A stretch of DNA of 64,000 bases. Origin: Podarcis erhardii (Eukaryota). This document shows, one piece after another, positions 14,075 to 25,900 of the stretch; position 1 is the stretch's first letter, and every line of letters starts with the position of its first letter. The notes beneath the pieces were generated by a model. It saw nothing but the letters and a program-made list of their open reading frames with translations, was not told the DNA's origin and searched no databases. Made by a program: the position numbers and the translations under genes. The stretch lies in the NCBI GenBank assembly GCA_964252035.1, contig CAXUOO010000189.1. One strand, given 5' to 3'.

Positions 14075-14833
14075 GCACATACACATATATAGTTTATATG
14101 AAGATACGTATGTGTGTGTATTTGCGAAAACGTATATATGTGAATAACTACATATGCAGCACATATATATATAGTTTATATGCAGATACGTATATGTGTG
14201 TATTTGCGAAAACGTATATATGTGAATAACTACATATGCAACACATATATATATATATATATAGTTCATATGAAAATACGTATATGTGTGTATTTGCGAA
14301 AACGTATATATGTGAAAAACTACATAAGCAGCACATATATATATATATAGTTCATATGAAGATACGTATATGTGTGTATTTGCGAAAACGTATATATGTG
14401 AATAACTACATATGCAGCACATATATATATAGTTTATATGCAGATACGTATATGTGTGTATTTGCGAAAACGTATATATGTGAATAACTACATATGCAAC
14501 ACATATATATATATATATAGTTCATATGAAAATACGTATATGTGTGTCTTTGCGAAAACGTATATATGTGAAAAACTACATAAGCAGCACATATATATAT
14601 ATATAGTTCATATGAAGATACGTATATGTGTGTATTTGCGAAAACGTATATATGTGAATAACTACATATGCAGCACATATATATATATATATGTATAGAA
14701 GATCCGTATATGTGTGTATTTGCGAGAACGTATATATGTGAATAACTACATATGCAGCACATATATATATATGTATAGAAGATCCGTATATGTGTGTATT
14801 TGCGAGAACGTATATATGTGAATAGTTACATAT
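14075..14833. repeat. Minisatellite, about 85-bp unit x9, with higher-order (three-unit) structure
   Basis: Core gatacgtatatgtgtgtatttgcgaaaacgtatatatgtgaataactacatatgcagcac(at)n seen nine times. Variant units recur in the order A-B-C-A-B-C-A, followed by two copies of a fourth variant (gagaacg). Confidence 0.95.
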
Positions 14834-14889
14834 GGGTGTTAGGGAGCAGTGAAGGAGACTAGCAGCAGGGCCACAGAATCGCCAAAAAG

Positions 14890-17803
14890 TTGCTGTTTGT
14901 TTTGTTTGCGCAGCAGCAGTTTTTATTGCCGAAAAGCAAGCAGCCGCAGCAATTCGAGGCAGTCGCAAAAGGGAAAAGGCAGGGACAAAGAAATCAAAGA
15001 GAAAGAGAGAGGCGGTTGAGGAGGAGCGAAGCAGACGCATGCGAGCAGGCAGAGGAGAGAAGTTTGGGGCGAGCTTTTTTACGAAGACACAAGCTTTTTT
15101 TCAGCGGTTCAGACTTGGCTGTTTTTTGGCTGCTGTTTTTTTCCTTGACTTGTCTGCACATGCACGAAATCACGCCTGTCAAAGGAGGATCTTTTTCTTT
15201 CCACGAGGGGCTGTTCAGACAGAAAAAGAACGGGCTCTCCACTTCGCTCGAAAACGACGCAGAACCTAAAAGTTTCACCACTTTTATTACCAACAACGTG
15301 AACAACAACTCTCCTCCTCTACGAAGAAGCAAGTCCACTGGGTTTTTTTTCCCCTTTTTCAGGTGCAGCAGTCGTCAACAGTCGAAATTCACTACTGCTG
15401 CTGCACCACCAGTGGCTGTTGGAGCCTTTCTTCAGTCTGCGTGGAGTAGTCGAGTTTCTTCACTGAACCGAAAAAACAGTTCTCGGCTTTTCTTCGCGTC
15501 GCCTTCTTCCACGAGCTGCCAAAGCAGCAAACACGGTCTAGCAGGCGAAACTTTCAGGTGTACATACACCAGCAGTGCGCGTGCGAGAAGCTTCAGCAGC
15601 AGCGCCCGTGCAGCCTGCAGCAGAAGGCTTTCCCTCCTAAGCAGCAGAAGCAGTTCAGATTCACTACCACTACTACTACTATTACTATTATCAAATAGCA
15701 GGTCGACCACCACCACCACCACCACCAGCAGCAGCAGCAGCAGTAGCAGCAGCGTTTCAGGCACATGCAGCTACAGCCTTAATAGCGCTGCGAGTGACAC
15801 CCTCAGAAACTGCTGCAGACAAAAGAAACAAAGCAGCACTCGTTTGTGTGCATGCAGCAGCTCAGACTTCAACAAAAGTAGTAGCGCCGCTTTTTCCGAC
15901 TGTCCGCGCTGCTCACTGGTAAGCCCCAAAAACACGTTTTTTCCGCTTATTTTGTTCGACTCTGGCAATGTCTGAGAGCAGCAGGAATAACGATGGTAAC
16001 AGTTTTAACACTAGAAATGATCGGAGCAATAGTAGTGGTGGTAAAAGTAGCCACGACTGCCGCCAGGATGATAATACTAACGGTCGCAACAGACTCTGCT
16101 GCAGCGAAAAAGAGGGAAAAACGAGCAAGTTTCAGAGCAGACCAGTAGTTGCGAACTCTTCAGAAACTCTGCAGCGACCACAACGCTCGACTGCTCAAGA
16201 CAAAATTCAAACTTTGGAAATTCCTTTTCCAGTCATTCCTGTTCGAGTGCGCGTGAGTGAGGAGTTGCTGCAGAAGCTGCACGGAAGCACAAAAAGAAGC
16301 CAAAGCAGACGGCGACTCTTTTTTCCACTGTCTCGTCTGCTTTCCACGCTGCATCACTACGTGAAAGAAACGGCCTCTTGCAATAGCAACAGCAATAGCA
16401 GTTTTCACAGCTGTAGTAGTAGCGACAGTGTACTACATCGCGACTCCTGCGGAGACAGCAGCAGCACTGATTTGATCTTCAACGGTGAAAAACGGGCCAG
16501 CAGCAGCATCATCGAAAACCGGAGTTCTTTGCGTGCTCCACTTTCCACTGAACTGGAAGAGAGGAAGCGCCAAACAGAGACTGCTGCTGGTGCTTCTTCT
16601 GCTTCTCCACTAGCAGCAGCAACGCAGCCAGCAAAAACAGCCCAGAATCTGCGCAATTAGCAGCAGAAGCTCCCACAGAGAACAAAAGAGCGAAAAAGCG
16701 ACTCCTCCCACTGGCAACAGGACCCGAAGAAACGACAACTGCAGGTAAGGAAGCGAACTTGTCAGAGCCTTTCAAAGTCGCAGAACTGCTGCATGCGGCC
16801 ACTCGTTTGTATCGCTGGCTGCACCGCCTCAGGCTGCCTCTGCGTCTAGGCGTAAGCATCGTGGAAGAAAGCAGCTGCAGCGCTTTCAAAGAATTCGTTG
16901 CTTCGAAAGAGCCGCAACAACGGCAGCTTCAGCTGCCTCTACTTGAGAAATTCGCACTGGCAAAGTTGCATGCGTCGACTGCGTGTTTCAGCGAGAAAAG
17001 GAGCTCTTCCCCAGACGCTGCTGCTTTTTTTTTTCGTCCCCTCATCTACGAGGTGCAGAGAGACGAGCAACTGCATGCGCTGCTCTCGCAGTTCTTCAGC
17101 CCCCTGCTGAAAGACTACTTCAAAGAGCCTCTGTGCTCGCACGGCACTCAGCAGCAGCAGTCGGCACCGCTGAAAAGCTGTTCACAAACAACCACAGCCA
17201 CTGCTGCTTCAGAATTCTCCGACTCGTTTTTTTTTTCCTCCTTCTTGCCCCCTTCGTTCGAAAAAAGCGCCTTCTTCTGCACCTGCTGCTGCTCTCTCTG
17301 CTGAGTCAGTCTTCACTAGTGCTGCAGCTTTTCCTCGACCCCGCCCACTACTGCGCATTCTTAAACTAAAACCCACTCGCAGCACTCACCACAAAAGGGA
17401 AGAAAAAGCAGCAATTTCAACACCACCACCACCACCACCACCAACAAAAGCGGACTTGACTTCGTTTCTCGCTTCTTCTTCTCGTTTTTGTGTTTCTTCC
17501 AAGAGAACTCCTGCTGCTGCTGCTGCTGCTGATGTCTTTTTCGCCTCCACTCTTTCTCGAGTTGGGGCTGAAGCAGTTGGAGACGAAACTGCTGCTGCTG
17601 CACCTCTTTTTCGCAGTGGAGCGGAAACTGGCTCTTCACTCGCTGCACCAAGCACTGCTTCTCCCTTCAAGGAAGAGTTTGCTAGACTTTCTGCAGACTC
17701 GTGGACAGACTCAGCTGCAGCTGCTGGCTCCCTTTCCACACAAAAGTCTCTCAGTTCGCTGCATGCAGCTTGTGCAGTTGAAACAGGAAAAATGCAGCAG
17801 TGA
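14890..17803 (+). CDS. Chain of overlapping ORFs; probable long N-terminal extension of the TrhO-methyltransferase locus (or a separate hypothetical gene)
   Basis: ORFs 14890-15975, 15968-16660, 16759-17304 and 17456-17803 overlap end to end in different frames with protein-like composition (poly-S/A, EIPFPVIPVRVRVSEELLQKL, AATRLYRWLHRLRLPLRLG). Several breaks lie near homopolymers. A GTAAG donor is present at 15919. No family recognised. Confidence 0.4.
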
Positions 17804-20800
17804 AGATGATTATGCGGCCTTCGCGTGTGTTGGTGCTGTGGCTGCTGCCTCCCTGCGAAACTCAGTGGCCCGCAACTACTCGACTTTTCTCTCCACTTCT
17901 GCGTGGTTTGTTTCCGAATCCGAAAGTGCCGGTTTTTTCAAAAGCTTTTCAGGCACTGCGAAAAAAGCGCGCACTAAGCAGCTTCCCACCACTCTTGTTG
18001 AAGAAACTTTCTCCACTCATCAAGTCCCCACTTCTTCTGCAGCAGTCACAGACAAAGCGAGGAGTGCTGCCACTGCTGCAGCTTCTTCCACTCTTCCTCC
18101 ATTCTGCACTGCACCCAAAAAGTCCAGTGCAGTAGTTGCTCCTCTTCACTCGAATATTAGTGCTGGTGGTGGTGGTCCTCCTCTTTTCAGCAATGCTGCT
18201 ACGAATAGTGACGGAACTCCTTCTCCTCTTTCCCCTGCAATTCCTAGTGGAAAGGCCTCCCTCAAGTTGTGGAAAGAAGGCGACTTTCTGGGTGGTGGTG
18301 CAGCTCGAGAGGACTGCGCAAGAGGAGGTGTACGTACACCGCAACCACTGCTGCTGCCAACCACAACCACACCCCCACCACCACCCCGCACAACAGGCCC
18401 TTCAACGCAGAAAAAAGCAGAGAAAGTGGACTTTTTGTCTGTTGCTGCTGCTGAAGACACTTCCAGTTTCCAGTCGGAGAAAGCCCCGAGTTTGCCCTCA
18501 GCAAAAAGAAAAACAGTCACCAAAGAAAGTGAGTCTTTTCTCGGTCGCGCCTCTTCCTCGACTGCAAGCAAAGAAACCGCGACCGTTTCTTCTTTTCTCG
18601 CAGAAAACTGCAAGAGAGCAACCACAAAAGCAGGGAGCAAGGTTGCAGGAGAGAAGGCGCCCACCTCGAACAAATTCGTTCACACAAGTCCCACTAAGAC
18701 AACTGCGGAAAGTTCTGCTCGAGACGACGCAGTGCATGCACCGAAAAAGAGAGGAAAAGCAGAAGAAGAAGACGAAGAAGGAGAAGGAGTGGAGAACAGC
18801 GGAGAAGAAGCAAGTGCAGAAACAGGAAGCAGAGAAAAGCGAGTGGTGCTGTCTTTCTACAAGTTCGTGCCCATAAACAACCCCTGGGCTACTGCTGAAG
18901 CGCTGCGTCTGCTGCTGGAGCCGTGCGGAGTGGTGGGTCGAATTTACGTCGCACCAGAAGGAGTCAATGGGCAAGTTGCTGTTCCTGCTTTGCATGCTGA
19001 AAAAGACGCCAATAACTTCGACTCTTTTCGTGCTCTTCTGCAGCTTGTGCTGCCCCCCGCAACACCACCAAACGAAAAAATCCATTTCGTGCTAGACCCT
19101 TGGACCCTTCCTAACGCGCTACTGCCTGCAGTCAAAAAACACCCACTAACAGGAAAACACTCAGTAACAGGAAAATACTCAGCAACAGAAAAACACCCAC
19201 TAACAGGAAAACACCCACTTACAGTAGAACACCCACTAACAGGAAAACACCCACTTACAGTAGAACCCCCACTTACAGTAGAACACCCACTTACAGTAGA
19301 ACACCCACTTACAGTAGAACACCCACTTACAGTAGAACACCCACTTACAGTAGAACACCCCCCACTTACAGTAGAACACCCCCCACTTACAGTAGAATTC
19401 CCCCCACTTACAGAAAAGGACGTTGCAAGAAGGGCTTTGTTAGTGACGGAGTCGACAGCAGATTTTGCAGAAATTGGCAGCGAAGGAGGAGAAGGTAGCG
19501 GAGAAGAAGAGCCACCACCAGAATCAGCAGCTGCGAAGAAGGAAGAAGAAGCGAGCGAAACAGAGCAGAAAAGAGAGAAGAGCCCTTTTTCCGCAGAAGT
19601 GGGGAGGAAAGCAGGAACTTCTGCTTGTTCTTCCTCGGCAAAGAGCGTGGACTGCTGCTCGGACTCGACGACTGCCTCACTTCCCCAACAAAGAAAAACG
19701 AGGCAGAACTACTCAGCTTCGACGCCTACATTTGAAGCAGAAGAAGCAGCTTTTGACGCACTCCACATTCGCGTACGGCGTCAAGTGCTAGTCGACGGGC
19801 TTTTCACTGCTTCCCCTCAATTGCTGCGAAAAAAAGAGGCCACAAACTCTGCAGAAAACCCAGCACTTGCTCCGAAAGGAGTCGACGCAGCAGGAGAAGC
19901 AGAGAAAACAGACACCGAAAAAACGCAAGAAAGAGCAAAAGAAGAAGAAGAAGAAAAGGCCCTGAACTGGAGCGACTGTGGCGAAGAAATCGAGCCCGCG
20001 CAGTGGGAACAGAAACTGCAGCAGCTGCTGCTCCAGCAGAAAAACGAGAGACAAACTCTGCGTGAATCCGTTTCAGCAGCAGCTACTACTACTAATACAA
20101 CTACAACTACTACTAGTAGTAGAATTAGTGTAGAGCAACGCAAGTCTGACAAGCAAGTAGAAAGCAGCAGCCAAGGCAGAGCTGGCACCTTCGAAAACTG
20201 CGCTCGAAGCAGCTTGGGGCTCGAGTGTGAGAATGAGTGTGCAGAAGAGAAGGAGACCACCACTGCCCCACAAAAAGAAGAAAAAGGCAGAAACTTCAGC
20301 AAAAGTCCCCGTTTTATCGTGCTCTTAGACTGCCGAAACGACTACGAGTCTGCCATTGGAACTTTCGCTGGGGCCTCGCCACTCAACACAAAAGTTTTCG
20401 CTCAAACTTTCGGCTCCACCACTGGCGCGCTTGCCCTTCGACTCAATGAGGCGTTGAATCCACTCACCATTTCACCAAAAAAGCTACAAAAACAACACCA
20501 ACTACAACAACAACAACTACAACAACAACAACTACAACAACAAGTACAACAAGAGCTACAACACCATGTACAACAAGAGCTACAACACCCAGTAAAACAA
20601 GAGCTACAACACCCAGTAAAACAAGAGCTACAACACCATGTAAAACAAGAGCTACAACACCATGTACAACAAGAGCTACAACACCATGTAAAACAAGAGC
20701 TACAACACCCAGTAAAACAAGAGCTACAACACCAAGTACAACAAGAGCTACAACACCATGTAGAACAAGAGCTACAACACCATGTACAACAAGAGCTACA

Positions 20801-22287
20801 ACACCATGTAGAACAAGAGCTACAACACCCAGTAAAACAAGAGCTACAACACCAAGTACAACAAGAGCTACAACACCATGTAGAACAAGAGCTACAACAC
20901 CATGTACAACAAGAGCTACAACACCATGTACAACAAGAGCTACAACACCATGTACAACAAGAGCTACAACACAATGTACAACAAGAGCTACAACACCAAG
21001 TACAACAAGAGCTACAACACCCTGTACAACAAGAACAGCTACTACAACAACAGTCACAACAAGAGCTACAAAACCATGTACAACAAGAGCTACAACACCC
21101 TGTACAACAAGAACAGCTGGAATTGGTGGCAGCAGGAGAGCAAGGCCAGACAGGCGTGCTGCAAGAGCGAAAAAAAGTGGAAGAAGTGGAGGACATTGCG
21201 GTGCAGACGAAGCAAGTGGAAAAACAAGAGGAGGAGGAAGTGAAGGAGTTCGAGCACACTCTAAAGCAGAAGAGCGAGTCGTCGTCAGCGCTGCAGAAAG
21301 AGAACACCGAACTGCTTCTTTTCTGCACAGGAGGCATTCGCTGCGTGAAAGTGGGGGCTTATCTGAAGCAGCGCTTGGGCTTCAAACACGTTTTTCGACT
21401 CAAAGGGGGCGTGCTATCTTACGCCCAGTATCTGCAAGAAAAGCTGCAACAGCAGCAACAGCAGCAACAGCAGCAACAGCAGCAACAGCAGCAACAGCAG
21501 CAACAGCAAGAGGAAGGGGAGAAGAGCGGGGACTTTTTTTGGTGGTTCGATCGAAACAGCTTCTTCCGTGGAAGTTTGTACATGTTCGACAACAGACTGG
21601 TGCACCCTCTAACTTCTCATTTGCAGTCAGTGTCGAGCCACTCAGTGGGATCAGTACGCTCACTGCCGAGTCGACGCCTGTCACTTGCGCTTTCTTCAGT
21701 GTCCAACTTGTCGTCTTCGATTCAGTGGCTGCTGCAGCAGCTTTTGTCAGCAAACTCTTCAGCAGCAGTTTCGCGCACTCAACTCTTACAGCGAAAGTGT
21801 TGGCCCATTTGCTGAAGCATGCGCACCTTTAAAAAGCCGAAAAAAGCCAGCGACTGAGTCAGCGCAGCAGCCCGCGCATGCACTGTTGAGTGGAGAAAAT
21901 GGAGAAAACGCAGCTGCAGCAGACGCAACTCAAGAGACTCCTGCAGAAGGCGAAAAAGCCGAGTTACCAGCAGCAGCAGAAGCAGAAGCCCCCAAAATAG
22001 GCCCACTGCCACTAACTAGACAAACACGACCTGATCGAGCAGCTTCCGAAGCGAGCGCGACTTTCGAGGAAAAAGCGCAGACTTCTGCGAGACGAATTTC
22101 GTGGCCTGTGAAAGAAACTCGCCGAGAAAAACTGGCCGCAGAGAGAAGACGGAGCACGCAGAAACGCATGCAAAAGGCGCGAGAAAGGGGCCTGGATTTC
22201 TTGAACTTGCGCCTGCTCTCTTTGCTGCCTCACTTGGCTGCAAATCACGCTCCTCCTGCTGCTGCTGCTGCAAGTGCCCAATCAAAG
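17490..22287 (+). CDS. trhO: TrhO/YceA (UPF0176)-type rhodanese-domain tRNA uridine(34) hydroxylase module
   Basis: Motifs in family order: VLSFYKF (about 18846), GRIYVAPEGVNGQ, LHIRVRRQVLVDGL, LLDCRNDYESAIGTFAGA (about 20322), FCTGGIRCVK (21321), GFKHVFRLKGGVLSY, FRGSLYMFDNR. The Cys-rich tail CSQC...HCRVDACHLRFLQCPTC...GCCSSFC (21622-21747) lies in the +1 frame. A phase-0 donor AAG|GTATAA is at 22288. The true start is uncertain; 17490 is only the ORF-track start. Confidence 0.9.
19135..19416 (+). repeat. Coding minisatellite, 18-21-bp units encoding (K/E)HP(P)LT(G/V)
   Basis: cacccacttacagtagaa and variants; translated as KHPLTG...EHPLTV...EHPPLTV. Confidence 0.95.
20494..21120 (+). repeat. 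Coding minisatellite, 24-bp unit (about 24 copies) encoding QELQH(H/P/Q)V(Q/K/E)
   Basis: caagagctacaacaccatgtacaa and variants tandemly repeated, preceded by poly-Q. Confidence 0.97.
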
Positions 22288-22552
22288 GTATAAATTCTCA
22301 GCAAAACTGCAGCAGCAGCACACGAACCAGCTGTTCCACCACACTCTCGGTGGAAAATGGGGCTTTATTTCTGCTGCAGAAAAAGGGCTGTTTCAGGTGA
22401 CTTATACGCCCACCAGTTGGAAAAAGGCGGCAAAAGTAGGATAGGTTTCTTTTCCACTTTTCTACACCTCCTAAGTCATTTTCACAAAGTCGGACTAGAG
22501 TCGAGCTCAACAGGGTCCTGGATGACATCAACAAAAAAAACAAAGTAGTGGT

Positions 22553-22595
<43 letters not shown>

Positions 22596-22931
22596 CGGGG
22601 CTAAAACTCCACAGACTACCGAGTGCAGCAGCAAATCACTCAAATAGGTCTACGACAAAAGAAGTGAGACAGGAAATCAAAAAAATGTAATGTACTGCAG
22701 AATCTACAGCAGACACAGTCAACTTACAGCTGCACACACAAAACACATGTAAAACATTTATAAACACACATATGCATGCGCATGTACACGTAACACGTGT
22801 ATGTGTGATGTGGAGTGGATTATCACCGGAGCGGTGCCCTTTTGGCTCAAAACTTTCAGTGTATTTGAGTGCATGCAGTGCGCGGATCTACCTCATTGTG
22901 TGTGTCTTTGCTGGTGTTTTCTACTGTGCAG

Positions 22932-25900
22932 CAGCACATCAAAACAGGAATTGGTGGCTTTTTGCCTCGAACTGCTGCAGCACCAAACACAAGTGCTTTC
23001 TCCTTGCTGCGCTGTGCTGCTGCAGCGAAAGAGAAATTAGTGGCACCAAAAAGACTAGCAGCAGCCACAACTGCTTCTCAAGCTTTTCTTGCTGCAGAAC
23101 CGTCTTTCTTTGCTGCAGCCTTGAAAACCACTGGTGAGACTTTCCTCGACAAAGAAAGGCAAGTGGCTGCAAAAGAAGAAAAGTCCAGCAATTTTGAGTT
23201 GGAGTGCAAGCATTTGTTGCTGCAGCGACTGCCTGCAGAAGCGTCTACTGCAGAAAAACCCGCTTTGCTGCATGCACAGGAGTGCACTGCGAAGAAGAAG
23301 AAGAGAAATCTCGACTTTGAAGGCTCGTCGAAGCGACTGCATGCGCAGGAACTCCAGACGAGTGCTCCCACTTCGCCAAGTCTTTCTCTCGAGCGACTGC
23401 TGCATGCAGAAGCTTCTGCTTGGAGTTCTTTCTCTGAACGTCATCGAAGTCTGCTGGAAGCTGCTGAGAAAACTTCTCGGCTTTTGTCGGGGGCCCCTGA
23501 AAAGCGAGAAAAGCAACAACAACAACCACAACAGCGACACCAAAAAGTCCCTTTTTCTTCTGCTTCGAAGTTGCTAAAAAACAGTCGTTGCAGCAGCGTT
23601 TTTGACAGCAACAATAAAAAGGAAGATGCAAGAAGCAGCAGCAGCAGCCACCACGCTGAAACGAAGCCGTTGCTAGCAGCCAAGCAGAAACTCTCAACTC
23701 CTCAAACTTGCTTCTGGAGCAATCACTTGCAACAAAGAATTCTAGCCATGCTAAGCAAGTTGCAGCGTCCCCAAAAAATACTGGAAATCGGCTGTTTCAC
23801 GGGACTAGCTGGTAAAACTCTCGTGCGTCTCAGATTGCAAGCTATTTACTCTAAAGTGACTATATATCTTCTCGCTTGCGACGTGTAGACTCTATTATTC
23901 TATCCAGATACTTATGAGAACAAGGTAGTATAGGCTTCACCAGTTTGCTACTCACTGACACATCTTCCTCACTTACTTCTGCTACATATATTTCGGTGTA
24001 GTTCTGCCCTTTTGGGAGACTGCCTCGGGTTTTGTCTAGCCACGTATTTGCCCATTTAAGTGCATGTCTTTGCGAGATAGATACATGATACTCAGAACTC
24101 TTTATACTCTATGTGTTTTCTTGTCAAAACCTTTCTTTTAGTGTGAATAGTTGGTTCGTGTACGTCCTCTCTACGCCAATCTATGAAAAGAATGACGAAA
24201 TTTATACGTTAAAAAAAGCGAGTCTAGTTTCTGGTTCACATACATATGTATATGTTGTATGCCCCAACGTGAAATATGATATATATGGACTCAACGCATG
24301 CACTTATATCTCCAGTCACTAATTCAATTTGTTCTGTACTTCTGTGGATCTACGAAACTCTGTGAATACATACTCTTGTCTAGCAGAGACATCTCTGCTT
24401 CAAATTTCAAGACGCACAATGCTCATGGGTGTATGTTTGCATATATATATATATGTGTTATACATGTAAAATTCTCGAGGCAAATAGAAACCGTGTCTAG
24501 GAGTGGGGAATATGTGTGAACATCTCGAAGTAAACGTTTAAGACCGGTTTGTAATACGGAATATCTGTGTCTCCATTCCCACTGTCTGCATTCGTCAACT
24601 TGTTTGTGCGGGTACGATATCCAAAGGGGCTTGATAAAAAGTCACTTACAATATACATTTATGATCTACTAACTCGTGTCTAGCCCGTGAGAGATCAAGT
24701 CTGCGAACTTCTGTACATATATGTATATGTATATAAGGAGGATGAAAGTGAGTGGTGAAGTGAGCTGAGCATAGCGAGAGGAACTGAAGCAAGGACGGCT
24801 TTGAAGTGGATTTCTGCGAGGCTGATTTTTCACATTTGCACCATTGATAGCAACTTGTGTGGACGTATCGCATGCTGCTGACCCAGACGCGTCGATGCAT
24901 GTTTTTGCACTGGTTTGATGTAGTCGTTCTCGCCTCAAAAGAAGCCCCGCATTTTTGTACGAATATTGAATCAATCAGCACAGAACGAAACTCACTCACT
25001 GCAAAAACTCAGGAAGCAAAACTACTACCGAAGGCGACTGAAAAACCAAGACGAAACAGGCTCTCGCAACTGAAAGTTTTGTGTATTTTGTGTGCCCCCA
25101 ACAGCCCTGAGTCTGGCAGAAGGCTTGCTGCCTCTTCCTCCAGCGTCCTCAGCGGAAACAAGTGAAGTTTGTAGAGCAAATGAAGCAGCAGTTTCAGCTC
25201 TTTTTCACGTGGAAGAAGCAACAGCAGCAGTGGACAGAGTGAGACAACTAGTGCTGCGAAGCAAGCAGCAGCCGAGTTTGGTGGCGATTGAGCGCTGCAA
25301 GCGAGCAGCAACTGCTGCAGCAGCCTTTTTCAGAGCTTCTGTCTACTCTCCGTACTTGCACGTCTTCTGTGCAGAGGCGTTGCCACTCCTGCAGGGCCTC
25401 GTAGAGGGCCCAGCAATTCAGCAGCGCCCAGCAATTCAGCAGCAACTCGTAGAGAAAGAGGCTGACGAAGAAAGTGGCTTTGTTTTCAAAGCTGCAGGTG
25501 AGGAGCTAAGCAGCTGCAGAAAAAGCGCTGAGACTGCACAGAGCGCGCAGGCAAAGTCGCAAGAAAGCCCCAAAAAAGCGCGCGAAAACGTCGAGTTTGA
25601 CCTCATTTTCCTCGACGCCGACAAGCTGCAGTATCGCCAGTTTCTCGAGCTGATTTTGCATGCGCAGTCTCCGCTGCTCGCTCCCACGGGTCTGCTGATC
25701 ATCGACAACACGCTTTTCAGGAGAATAGAAGCGCCTCAACAGGGGGGTAAAGAAGCAGCTGCTTTCCTCAGTCAGCGAGTAAACGAAGTCTCTTCTTCTT
25801 CTTCTTCTTCAGTGCGAAAACTTGGCTGCTGCAACTGCAGGGGGGGAGGCAGTCACCGAAAAAAAGGGGAAAAAAGCGACTGGAAAAGGAGCCAAATTGA

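Noticed and set aside
14075-14833. Regular repeat-spacer look, CRISPR-like
   Set aside because: Eukaryotic DNA; the spacers are just (TA)n, not unique sequence; no cas genes.
17490-17790. Leu-rich N-terminus (MFLPRELLLLLLLLM) of the 1441-aa ORF read as a signal peptide
   Set aside because: Probably the off-frame reading of a CTG repeat; the overlapping frame (17456-17803, poly-Ala) looks like the true coding frame here.
21600-21626. 27-nt intron-like stretch with CTAAC branch point and TTGCAG acceptor
   Set aside because: It is in frame, so it does not fix the frame break; it is implausibly short and would remove a conserved Cys.
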